Source: Emiliania huxleyi CCMP1516 (taxonomy: Eukaryota). Taken from it: a stretch of DNA of 64,000 nucleotides. The DNA is taken from contig NW_005202176.1 of the NCBI RefSeq assembly GCF_000372725.1, forward strand, positions 42,240 through 106,239, given 5' to 3'. Under the pieces are notes generated by a model, which was not told where the DNA came from, did not search any database, and was given only the letters and a program-made list of their open reading frames with translations. The translations under genes and the position numbers were made by a program. This document shows positions 48,201-58,035 of the stretch, piece after piece. Each line of letters opens with the position of its first letter. The stretch's first letter is position 1.

Positions 48201-49011
48201 GGTGGATACAGCTCAATGATGAGGCTACGGCGCGCATAATGAAGAGAGAGGAACACATCGAGTGGCTGAGGAAGCTCTTCGCTGGGTGGAAGGAGGCCCG
48301 CCCGGCCTTGAGGGAGTCGCGGAGGAGGAGGGATAACGGAGGCAACGTGCAGACAGGCCAGCAGCCAGCGGGACGAACGAGGACCGCGACGGCAGCTCAA
48401 GCGGGAGGGAGCGGAGACAGTGGGCAGCGAGCGAAGTGGGTGAGACTGATGATGCTCCTTCGACTTAGGGAGCGGTTCCGCTGCTGGGCGAGCTTCAGGG
48501 TGGTGCTCACGCGAAAAGGAATCGACGCAATGTACAAAGCATACAAGAAGAGGAGAAAGAAGAGGAGAGGCGCCAGTGATGACGAAACAGAAGCTAGTGC
48601 AGACGAGGGCAGGTCAGACCCGGGGACGGCGGAGGCGGACCAGACGGCATCGACCGCCGAGGGAACGTTGGGAAGAGGCACGAGGAGGGCGGCGACTTCG
48701 ACCGACTATGGAGGACCCGTCGCCAGACGACGCAGGGCAGACGACGGTGAGGCGGAGCAGGCGCGCAGGGCGAGACGAGGGAGGGAGCAGGACGTTGCGG
48801 AGATCAGCAGGAGGATGTACGAAGAGATTAGGAGCAGCAGGGACCCGAGGGACCATGTGGAAGACGGCTAGTGCTAGTCCCCCATCGGGAGGACGACCCC
48901 GGCTAGTCGCCGACCACACCCACAAAGAACCCTGCACAAAGATCGCAAGGGCGGGGACCTGTTCCTTTTTACCCATCTCCTAGTAGAGGTGTCCGTTCTA
49001 TTTATTTATTT
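45206..49011 (+). mobile_element. 5'-truncated non-LTR-retrotransposon-like insertion encoding a PolA-like (TV-Pol) domain, RNase H and a CCHC finger
   Basis: TSD acacaccagct at 45195-45205 and 49012-49022; (TATT)3 tail at ~48999-49011; reading frame open from the first base; purine-rich strand unlike host genes. Confidence 0.88.
45224..48871 (+). CDS. 1215-aa polyprotein: family-A-like polymerase domain (aa ~130-395), RNase H, Cys/His finger, basic/charged tail
   Basis: LPRRLR..ALGPFHDFDDAAAHP (motif A-like), NREEIL...RARVKTLF.SIDMDG (motif B-like), SFAFQEAE, LSLQHDGIVV (motif C); RNase H ATDGG/AEMYAV/LSDCK/WVPSH/GNAYAD; CLVC...HVLSGAC. Confidence 0.85.
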   Translation: MLTRDRHTMGEPGAVGTLYDEAYKRLGRPGCDGARLREAHRRLERARDDMLNPEKQREVREEWKREGWTRHVTSTLRCAIDASALEAYAARPEANVVPVDKHGVPYRGTEREMIQKLLGKACRRAGARWATVVVRYWYGHMGAALVDAGLVSTSREYAVPPDRDVDPFALPRRLRTLALGPFHDFDDAAAHPRARVQMVGPGSGVTKQFLSNREEILSSMGAALFQGEGRRERRARVKTLFASIDMDGNVATWAERWGLDKGKLKQTRVALEGGGSFDFGAYLQAQAEGTLWLSNSLEERTGMTRFVTDWLAHHKPGKGHPERTVKSFAFQEAESISRRAKVRWAARNGHAVLSLQHDGIVVAVKRGSDAGDVAEQMASASEEALGYRQPCELKEQEPPSGVARPQLATRDEVGGVVPGLGEMEGPPPRHGAWVRDAELQEDPLTRFLLRWDEFEVGTRALSDRNGTQVMMGKDKEPLGSGKGRELNAEVARICLALHRARPFTHLAATDGGRDTPNKWVGDRFVPQPVVSYGVYEGPARFGRPVEGSGQLEGGDDELRLAFGQGLWGGRLPDDWQVIDAEMYAVLAYLRKMATAEDAADRRCLVLSDCKPALQQIEAAYRKGSLEGLREWDRGAQLEGICRYRAQLESVTFLWVPSHAGCAGNAYADAAATAYMGASEIEDATAVIREAVRTRPCLYTDRRRTADREGGREVLDRRTYYATRGHTNEWVRGRLGEGLTAGSHTAGVTGPLWSDVVRGTTRHKWDKRQRIKDQHGEREIDFADVDDHNVVTKTVMGARVRQQAGVPHGTHHERIMRGEAGRETPGAATRSELRGCLVCKAARDAARRAALKRDPLCPIVRKAAQQWTEEDENPPRATMAHVLSGACLGNREQARWFLRVARAQTGTAISKVAQAAPDSKDTLKTLRMAHVAALKGSRYRVLDEDGYDTLAPAVGGVLPALVDDLSEKSRRDLGTGVTRNLQVVAEAATGAVQRWIQLNDEATARIMKREEHIEWLRKLFAGWKEARPALRESRRRRDNGGNVQTGQQPAGRTRTATAAQAGGSGDSGQRAKWVRLMMLLRLRERFRCWASFRVVLTRKGIDAMYKAYKKRRKKRRGASDDETEASADEGRSDPGTAEADQTASTAEGTLGRGTRRAATSTDYGGPVARRRRADDGEAEQARRARRGREQDVAEISRRMYEEIRSSRDPRDHVEDG

Positions 49012-49091
49012 ACACACCAGCTCGAAACATTCACGCGAGTTCGCGTCGTCACGCGCGCAGCGGTGGCGCAGCATCGCCCCCACGGTCGCTG

Positions 49092-50195
49092 TCAGGCCTC
49101 GTCACAGCCATCGGGTATTGAGGCATTGAGCTCCACCGGGGGCGGAGTGCACGGAGCAGGTTTCAACCGCCCCTCCTCGCCGCCGCCGCTCTCTGTCACG
49201 TCGCCCGGGTGCCTCTGCAGCCAGGGCAGCGCGCGCGCCTCCGAGGCGGTCGGCCGGTCGGCCTGGCTGGGCGCCATGCAGGCCGCGACCCACGCCCTCG
49301 CCTGCTCCGCGAGGGCCCACTCCGGCTGCTCGAAGGAGAGGGAGGTGAGGCGTGCCGCCTCCGCGAGCGCCTCCTCGTCTGCGTCCTCCGCGTCGGGCAG
49401 CTCGAAGGGCAGCTCGGCCGTCAGCAGGACGTGCGCAGTCACCGCCGCCGACCAGACGTCGGCGGGGCCGCCGTACGGCTCTCCGCGGCGGTCGCGGCTG
49501 AGCCAGGTGAGCACCTCGGGCGCGGCGTACTCTGGCGACCCAGCGAGCCCCTCGCAGCTCTCGCCCTCTGCGAGCGTCGCCGCGTACCCAAAGTCGATCA
49601 GCGTGAGCTGCGGCGGCAGAGACGACTCGCCGTCCGCCTCCCGCCCCTCCCTGTCCGCCCTCCGCCCGCCCACCAGTCCCTCCTCCCCGCCGGGCCGATG
49701 ATGCTGCGACGCCGGGTAGTGCGAGATGATGAGGTTCTCTGGCTTGACGTCGCAGTGAACGACGCCGATCGAGTGCAGCGCGGCGAGCGCGTGGCAGAGC
49801 TGCGCCATCAGCGGCGCGACAAACGGCTCGGGCAGCGCTCCATGCCGCTCGACGAGCGTGAAGAGCTCGACGCCAGCGACACGGTCCAGCACGAGATAGA
49901 CGCTCGAGGGCGTACCGAGCACCTCACGCAGGCGGACCACCCGCGACTGGAGGGCGGAGCACTCGGAGGCGAGCCGCAGCGCGCGGCACTCGCCGACGAG
50001 CATCGCGAGAGCCTCCTCGTCGTCGTTCAGCACGGACAGCTCGATCCCTTTGAGTGCGATCGAGTGCTCTCCGAGGCTGCCGGCGGGCCGTGCGCAGTGC
50101 ACCTGCGAGAAGTGGCCGACTCCAATCATGTCGCCGAGCTCGTACCGCTCCTCGACCGAGGAGAGGACGATGTCGACCGCTGAGCCGAGGAGCAT
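49092..50195 (-). CDS. Ser/Thr protein kinase (CAMK-like), intronless
   Basis: IGVGHFSQV, ALK, HCDVKPEN, IDFG, GSPEYAAPE, ADVWS. Confidence 0.92.
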   Translation of the reverse strand: MLLGSAVDIVLSSVEERYELGDMIGVGHFSQVHCARPAGSLGEHSIALKGIELSVLNDDEEALAMLVGECRALRLASECSALQSRVVRLREVLGTPSSVYLVLDRVAGVELFTLVERHGALPEPFVAPLMAQLCHALAALHSIGVVHCDVKPENLIISHYPASQHHRPGGEEGLVGGRRADREGREADGESSLPPQLTLIDFGYAATLAEGESCEGLAGSPEYAAPEVLTWLSRDRRGEPYGGPADVWSAAVTAHVLLTAELPFELPDAEDADEEALAEAARLTSLSFEQPEWALAEQARAWVAACMAPSQADRPTASEARALPWLQRHPGDVTESGGGEEGRLKPAPCTPPPVELNASIPDGCDEA

Positions 50196-50295
50196 GAGAG
50201 ACCGGGTGCGGGTGCGGTGTTAAGCTCTTCGGGAGCGGGATGCGGCCGGCCCACAGCAACAGAGAAGAGAAGAAAATGCGCCTTCGTATCCATTA

Positions 50296-50538
50296 TAGCT
50301 CCGAGTAGAGGGGGAGGTCTGCTGCTAGGGGAAACCCGGAGCGCGGAGCCAACCCTCGGAGACCCGTGATTTACTTTACGGCCCTTGCCCTGCGAACGCG
50401 CACCCCCCCCCAGGGCTAGGGCTCTCTCGCCCGCCCACCCGATGCCAATCATCCAATCATCCGGCCCGCTGGGTGCGCTTCTTAGCTCCCCGGCCCTGGA
50501 TGTGCGGTTAATGACTGCACTCCAAGTGCTCCAAGTGC
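50296..50538 (+). mobile_element. SINE-like family B, ~240 nt, tail (CCAAGTGCT)n
   Basis: Homologous end to end with 58577-58808; both start at tagctccgagtagaggggg. Confidence 0.75.
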
Positions 50539-50582
50539 GCACTTGGAGTGCAGTCAGTAACCTCATGCCCAGGACCGGGGAG

Positions 50583-50950
50583 CTTGAGCACTTGAGCACT
50601 GGATAGGGTCGATTCCGCATGGTACGGGACCCCTCGATCGTCTCGCCCTCCCTCACTGGTGTGTTCATTGGGGGGGGTCATAACAAACACGGTACAGGAT
50701 CGAGGTGCACGCTGCCGAGGCAGTGTCGTCCCCCCTCTCCCCGACGGCGATGGCGGTGTGACCGATCGAGCTACAAGAGGAGCTTGTTCAGCAGGATCCG
50801 GGATTAGTCTGATGCACTGCCTCACTGGGTCTGAGATCACCGAGACGCCTCCCATCACCGTCTCGGATTCATGTGGGATCGAACCACTCCGGGATGGGCA
50901 AGCCCATCGTTCTCACTGAGAGCTGTGCCTTCCTATCACCTGTGAGAGAC
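50583..50950 (-). mobile_element. Candidate full-length tRNA-derived SINE (family A)
   Basis: Minus strand has B-box/T-arm gtggTTCGATCccac (~50872-50888) next to hairpin gatgggc-tt-gcccatc; 3' end is the family A tail; 5' boundary approximate. Confidence 0.55.
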
Positions 50951-51266
50951 AGCGGAGAGGGTGTGCGCCACATCAGCCGGAGCGGGCGGTGAGGGGGGGG
51001 GGGGGGGGGGGAGAGTGATAATAGGGGTGCTGAGGTGGGGGCTGGGTGTGATTTTGGGGCAGTCTGGAGGTCATTCTCCACAATTTCCTGCGACAGACTG
51101 AAGCGCGCCGCGAGGTAGGCGGTGGCAGCGCCAGCGGCCTTCGGGTCAGTCCTTTAAACAAACAGAAGACTTAATCCCCAAAATGATTTGTGAGTGATAG
51201 ATTTGTTTGCTCGCTAAATGTCTCGGGTCCGAGCGTGCCGGTGTCGGTAGCAGGTCTCACGGGTCT

Positions 51267-51314
51267 TGAGCACTTGAGCACTTGATAGGGTCGATTCCGC
51301 ATGGTACGGGACCC
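51267..51314 (-). mobile_element. 48-nt 5'-truncated family A insertion with an 11-bp TSD
   Basis: ctcacgggtct at 51256-51266 and 51315-51325 flanks the family A tail. Confidence 0.8.
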
Positions 51315-51494
51315 CTCACGGGTCTAGTGAATCATAGATAGAGATTTTTAGGAGCCAACAAAAAACTCTAGGGGGCCGGGGTCGTACGTCGTGCTCGAGC
51401 GGGAAGACAGCGCGCCTTGCGACCTTGTCGGCCCAGCTGCCATCCCAGTACAAGGTGTACCCTTTCTTCTTTGTGAATCATAGACCATACGCTC

Positions 51495-51603
51495 TGAGGG
51501 AGAGATTTTTAGCAATACCAAACAACTCTAACACTCACACGTCATTTGGGGCCTGGAGCCCTGTTCACGCGCGCGCGAGACGTGCAGACAGGGTGTTGTT
51601 TGT
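51495..51603 (-). repeat. Dispersed repeat; inverted partner of 42802-42952
   Basis: Reverse-complement match by eye, with small indels. Confidence 0.85.
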
Positions 51604-51859
51604 CGCTCTGCTGAAAGCACGAATTTCTCTCTTTAAAGCCCGAAGGGAGCGGCGAAAATCGGCGGGCGATCCATCCCCATGGGCGACCGGTGGCGCCGCC
51701 CGAGAAAGAAAAAATAAATTTTCAGAGGGAAGGAAGAGCCCGCCGAACTTCAAGTAATTCCGGCGCAAACGTGCGTTCCATCGGCAACTCTGTCCCCCTA
51801 AGCGCAAGGCGTCCTTCCTCGCTGGCGCCAGTCACAGCCTCCTGCCGCTCAGCCCTACG

Positions 51860-54800
51860 ATGTCCATCCTCTTCGCCCTGGCGCCCCTCGCCAGACCCGA
51901 CGGCTTCACCCTGCTCGGCGAGCAGCGCAGTCCGCCTCCCCCTCCAAGCCCGGTCCCGCCTCCGCCGGCCCTCGACGGAACGCTCGCCGCCGCGTGCTCG
52001 GACGCCTGTCCGCATGCACGCGACGGCGAGTGTGACGACGGAGGCGACGGCTCGCTCTATATGGCTTGCGCCCACGGCACCGACTGTATGGATTGCGGCG
52101 AGCGCCCTCACGCCTCGCCTCCACCTTTGACCCCAGCCTCGCCCTCGGCGGCGTCGGGGCTTCCGGCCTCCGAGTGCACCGACTCGTGCTTTCACTCCAA
52201 CGACGGCGAGTGTGACGACGGAGGGCACGGCGCCCTCTACAGGTGCCGCCCATCCCGCCCGGCCCTCCGCCCTCCCCCTCGCCTCCTCCCAGCCGGCCCC
52301 ACAGACACCCAACCGCCTACCTCCTTGCCCGCAGCGCCTGCGACCACGGCAGCGACTGTGCCGACTGCGGCCACCGCTTCCCGTCGGCTCCGCCTCCGGC
52401 CTCGCCGCCTCCCGCGGCGACCACGTCGGCTCCGCCCTCCGAGTGCACCGACTCTTGCTTCCACGCTCGCGACGGTACAACCCGAGCCTCGGCCCTTGCA
52501 ACCTGCAAAAGGCTCGCGAATCTCACCATCTCCTTGCCTCTCTCAGGCGAGTGCGACGACGGCGGCAACGGCGCCCTCTACAGCGCCTGTGACCACGGGA
52601 GCGACTGCTCGGGTGAGCCCCTACTTCTCCACCACTCTCTTCCCCACCTTCTCTCCCCTCTCCCCTCTCCCCCCTCCCCTCTCCCCTCTCCCCTCTCCCC
52701 TCTCCCCTCTCCCCTCTCCCCTCTCCCCTCTCCCATCCACTCTCCACGTCCCCCTCTCCCTTCGCCAACTCTGCGCTCCACCACCTCCGATCCCCACCTT
52801 CCCCCTCACCTCCTCCCTCCCGCCCCCCCGCAGATTGCGGGCACCGTTTTCCCGCCTCCCCTCCCGCGCCGTCCAGCCCGCCCATGCCGGCCTCGCCGCC
52901 ACCATCTGCCTCGCCGCCGCCGCCCTCGGCTGCTCCGTTTATGCCGCCTCCTATTTTCGGAGCAGAGTGCCACGACACCTGCTACCACTCCTCCGATGGC
53001 GACTGCGACGACGGTAAGTCACCTAGTCGCACCTCTCCCCCACCTGCCTCCCAGATCCCTCCCACTTCCCTCTCACCGCCCTCTCCCCTCCCCCTTCCCT
53101 CGCTCGACTCCCCCGACTCCCCCGACCCCCCCCTCACCTGCCCCCCCCTCCACACACACACACAGGCGGCGACGGCTCCGACTACTCCATCTGTGAGCAC
53201 GGCTCGGACTGCACGGACTGCGGCCACCGGCTGCACCTGCCGCCTCCGCCGCCGCCGCCATCCCCGCCGCCGCCTCCGCCTCCTCCTCCGCCGCCCCCCT
53301 CGATGCCGCTCCCCGACGGACACGCCCACGCCTGCGACGACACCTGCGTCCACTCGAACGACGGTGCGCCCGCCCTCGACCCCTCGGCCGCAGCCCACGC
53401 GGCCGCCCTCACCTCCGCCGCCCGCGCGTAGGCGAGTGCGACGACGGGGGCGACGGCTCCCTCTTCTCCCTCTGCGACCACGCGTCCGACTGCGGCGACT
53501 GCGGCCACCGGGTGGTCCCCGTCCTGCCGCCGCCGCCTCCGTTCACAGCCACCACCGAGGAGGGCCTTCGCTTCACTCTGGCGAAGGCCGATCACGAGTG
53601 CGCCTCGGCGGACGTGCGGCTCGGCGACTATGGCGAGCTGGCGCACTGCGCCGCCGCGTGCGGCCGCCTCTTCGGCTGCAAGTTCTTCCTGTACGGCAAG
53701 GGGCGCAAGGCGGGCAGCTGCTGGGCCGAGTTCGCGTCCGACTCGACCTGCCCCGAGGGGTGGGAGCCCGACCAGTACGACTTCTTCGCGCTCAACCTCG
53801 CGTCGCCGCCGCCACCGCAAGCCAGCCCGCCGTCCGGCGCGCCCTCGCTGCCGCCCTCGCCGCCGCAGTCGCCCGGGGCGTGCACCAACAGCTGCTACCA
53901 CTCCTCCGACGGAGAGTGCGACGACGGGGGGGCAGGCAGTCAGTACAGTCTGTGCGAGCTCGGCACGGACTGTGCTGACTGCGGGGTCCGTCTCGAGCTG
54001 CCCCCCCCTCCGCCGATGCCGATGCCGCCCCCCTCCCCACCCCCGCCGGCCATCGCGAGCATCTGGCTCCACACCTTCGCCGAGGCGGTCATCGACGCCA
54101 CGGCCGGCCTCGTCTACAGCGCCGTCGCGCAGATCTGCTCGCACCGCGCTCCCGCCAGCATCGCGCGCAGCTTCAGCGCCCGCTACAGCCCGGACACCGC
54201 CCTCGCGCTGCCCATCTCGGTGCAGCAGCTGCTGACCTACACCGTCTACTTTTCGCCGCGCATCGAGCTGAGCGACGTCGAGGCGGCGGTGCACGCGGAG
54301 ATGTGCCCGGGTGACACCGGCGTGGCGCGCGAGTGCGAGGTGATGAGCGTCCTCTCGGGCCGCCCTTCCACGTCCGACGACGCGATGCAGCTCGCGCACG
54401 TCGGCCTTCGCCGCTCGCTGCACGGCGACGAGACCTTCGACATCAGGCAGCTCAACAAGACGAGTCTGCTCGCCTCCCTGCGCGCCGTCCAGTTGTCCAA
54501 CGCGGCCGACGACGTGGCGGCCCACGAGTGCCCAGAGTGCGCCGAGGGCCTCGCCGCCGACGCGGAGGACTACCTCGCCGACGCGAGCGAGCTGGTGCTC
54601 GGCAGCGCGCCGAGCCAGCAGGAGGTCCTCCTCAAGCTGAACGTCGCCGGCTGGCCAATCACGCCCGAGGACGTCGCCGCCATCGTGCCGGCCTTTGCGG
54701 GCCCGCTCAACGTGTCGCCGCTCCTCGTCTCGGCGGAGGTGGTCCACGCGTCGGAGAGCAGCCCCTCGCCGCCCACGCAGCAGGAGCGCGCCTCCGCCCG

Positions 54801-55446
54801 GGAGGGCGAGGCGGTCCCGCCCGTCCTCATCCTCGAGGTTGTCGCGGCGGCGGGCTTCCTCGTCGTGGTCGGCGTCATCGCGCTCCTCTTCTGCCGCCGC
54901 CGCGCGGGCGAGGAGGGGGCGGCCAAGGAGGCGGCGGAGGAGGGCGGCCCCGCGGCGTTTGACTGGGCCGGCCGCCCCCTCAAGCCCGCCTCCAAGAAGG
55001 CGGCGCGCAGCAGCCTCATCTCCAAGCCGTCGCGGATCGCCGTGCGCGCGACCATCGACCCGAGCGTCGCGGCCGCGAACCGGAACCCAAAGGCGCTCGA
55101 CCGCGCCCGGATGAGCCGCAAGAGCAGTCTCCCGGTGATCATCGACCACCCCGTCACCGAGCTGTCCACGGTCAGCGCGGGCGCAGAGCCCTCGGGCGGC
55201 GCGTCGAGCAGCTCGGTGCCCGCGAACCCCTTCCTCCAGCCCGCCGAGCCGCCCGCGCCGCCGCCGCCGGTGGTGAGGGAGATGACGCCGGCGCCCGCAT
55301 CGCGGGGGCTCGCGGCCGCGGACGGCGAGGTTGAGGTGAGCAACCGCAACGAGATGTACGACGCGCTCGACATCCCGCCGGTGCTGTCGCCGAGCGACCG
55401 CGTGTCGCCCGACGACGACATCCAGGTCGCTGTGGTGCAGGTGTGA
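51860..55446 (+). CDS. Type I membrane protein with six Cys/Asp-rich repeats (C..C....DG.CDDGG......C..G.DC.DCG.R), Pro linkers, a PAN/Apple-like module and a TM helix; about 5 introns
   Basis: Repeats at ~51994, 52175, 52444, 52968, 53333 and 53881 are restored by splicing; TM VLILEVVAAAGFLVVVGVIALLFC. Confidence 0.8.
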
Positions 55447-56114
55447 AGGTGCACACACAAGTTGCTTGCTTGACAGGCCGACGCGGGGCATATTACTGTA
55501 CGCTGGGGCGAGGCCCGCTCGGACCGCGTTGTACGATCTCTCGGGTACAATTCTCGCAGTGCGCACAGGGGTCGGCTGAGGAGTGGGGTGAGCAAGCGCA
55601 GAGTGGAGTCAGAGTTGTGTGCGTGTGTGGATCCGATTCCTGTCTGTGAGGCTGAGCGCAGCTGTGCGGCTGCGGGAGAGGGGCGATCTGGGTTTCGCAT
55701 ATCGCACTGCGTGGCACGCCGGTGGCCGGTGCGAGTGTGTGTGAGACTGACGGAGAGCCCACACCGCTCTCTATACGTGAACGTGTGCAGAGAGAGTAAC
55801 GGCCTTTACGTGGGGGGGGGCGCCACACACACCTGTAGCATGTGTGCATAAGCGGGAACCGCGTTCTTGTGCTTTTGTGCGTTGTGGGTTGCGCGTTTTC
55901 TTTTTTGCCTCCTTACAAGTTGAAGTTACACGTGTTCGTGTAAAAATTACGTCCTTGATTTGTTAAACTTAAATTTCTCTACAAGACATAATAGTAAATC
56001 GACAAAACGAGAGCAGACGGGCATCCACAGAACGCAATTCGGAGGTGGCTCGTGGTGGGGCGCGTGCGCAACAAATGTTAGCAAAACCGCACGAGAAACG
56101 ACTACTCCCTTCCA

Positions 56115-56799
56115 TCAGTCCCGCCGGCGTCGGTCGCGGTCGCGGCTCCGCGAGCGCGAGCGCCGCCGCTCCTTCCGGTCGCGGCGGTCCCTCTCCCTGT
56201 CCCGGTCCCTATCCCTGTCCCGGGAGCGGGACCTGCGCTCCCGCCGGTCGCGGTCCGCTCCTCTCGGCGGAGGGCCTTGTGGGGCAGGGGCCGACCGCGC
56301 AGGGGGGCCGGGAGGGGGGCCGACGGCGACGCTCCACGTCCTCTCCTTGTCGTGCAGCCGGACGCCCATCCCTCGAAGCTGGTCGCGCAGCTGGTCCGCC
56401 GTCTGGAAGTCGCGGTTCAGCTTTGCGCGGTGCCTCGCCGACAGGAGCTTCTCGATCTGCTCGGCGTCGCACGGCGCGCCGACGTCGCCGACGCGCTGGT
56501 AGTCATGGCCGCCTCCGCCCCCGCGCGGCCCTCCGCCGCCGCCGCCGCCGCCGCCGCGCGGCCCTCCGCCCCCTCCTCCCGCCTCGTATGCGGGCATCGC
56601 CTCCTTGCGCCGCCGCTTGTTCCAGAGGTGCGAGACGGACTGCGAGAAGTCGACCTAAGGTGAGGTAAGGTAAACTTCTCCACACACACGAGGTGGTGGG
56701 GCAAGGGGGGGCGACCCTCGCGTCTCCACGTCTAACGACACGAGCGCCGCGGCATTCAAAGTGCAAGGCCCAGTGCGCGTGGGTGAGCGGTGTGTGTGT

Positions 56800-56872
<73 letters not shown>

Positions 56873-58035
56873 GTCGACCTTGATGCGGCGGTCGTCGATG
56901 AGAGCGCCGTCCATCTTGAAGTAGGCCTGCGTGCACGCCTCCTCCGTCTCAAACTCGATGAAGGCGTAGTTGAGCGAGTCGCCTGAAGCCGGCGCGGGGG
57001 CGGGGTCGGCGGCGCTGGCATCGCGGCGTCCGAGTCCCCTCGGCGGCTACGGCGCCCGTCTTGAAGTCGCGGATCACCTGCTCACAGCAGACGGCGTGAA
57101 GCGCGCCTCCTCACCGCAGCTCGCCGCCCCGCCGCCGCGGCGTCGCCTCGCACGAGGTGATTGCGCCGAAGCGGCCAAAGATGATGTCGAGGTCGTCGTC
57201 CTCTGTCACCGGGTTGAGCTTGCACACAAAGAGCACATTCTTGGGCGGCTCGACGTCCGCGTCGGGGAGGTCGCCCAGCATCTCTAGCACCTCCGCGCGC
57301 GACTTGGCCGCCTTGACGCGCAGCGCCTCGTCCTGCGCCGCCTATCCACACGCTCGTGCGCCGGTGGCGAGGGGGACGCCTCGACGCTGCGCCGCCGCCG
57401 CCCTGCGCGACCGGGTCGTCCTCGCCGTCGCCGCCCAGCTCCTCGTCGTCGGCGAGGCGCTCGCGGTCCTGCTGCCGGTGCAGCTCCGACGGCGGCGGAG
57501 ACGCGTCCGGCACCTCGAGCCCCGGCGGGTCGTCAAACGGGTCGTCGAGCACAATCGTGTGCCTCACGCGGATGTTGCGGAAGGGGCGGCCGTCCGGGTC
57601 GCAGTAGGCGGCGCCGATCTTGCGCGCCACGTCGAGCCCCTCCGCCACCTCGCCAAAAATTGTGTACTTGTCGTCGAGGTGCTCCTGCGCGTGGTCGCCC
57701 ACCGTGATGAAGAACTGCGAGCCGTTGGTGTTGGGGCCGGACGAGGCCATCGAGACGACGCCGGCGCGGTCGTGGCGGAGGGAGCGGCGGAACTCGTCCT
57801 CGAAGAAGCGCGCCTGATCGCCGTACAGCAGCCCGTAGAGGGAGGAGCCGCCCGTGCCCGAGCCGGTCGGGTCGCCGGTCTGGATCAGCGCGCCGGCCTG
57901 CACGTTGTGGAAGAGGCAGTGGTTGTAGTACTTGACCTTGCACAGCTTGAGGAAGGACTTGCACGCGATGGGCGCCTCCTCCGTCCGCAGGTCTATCACG
58001 ATGTCGCCGACGCTGGTCTCTAGGAGCACGCTCAT
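56115..58035 (-). CDS. PPIL4: Cyclophilin-RRM protein (PPIL4/CYP59) with RS/RD tail; introns 57342-57411, 57078-57146, 56983-57055, 56655-56878
   Basis: [90 protein letters not shown]. Confidence 0.95.

Noticed and set aside
50860..50950. Possible tRNA gene on the minus strand
   Set aside because: Only a T-arm/B-box and one hairpin are recognisable; no acceptor stem or 7-nt anticodon loop, so treated as a SINE head
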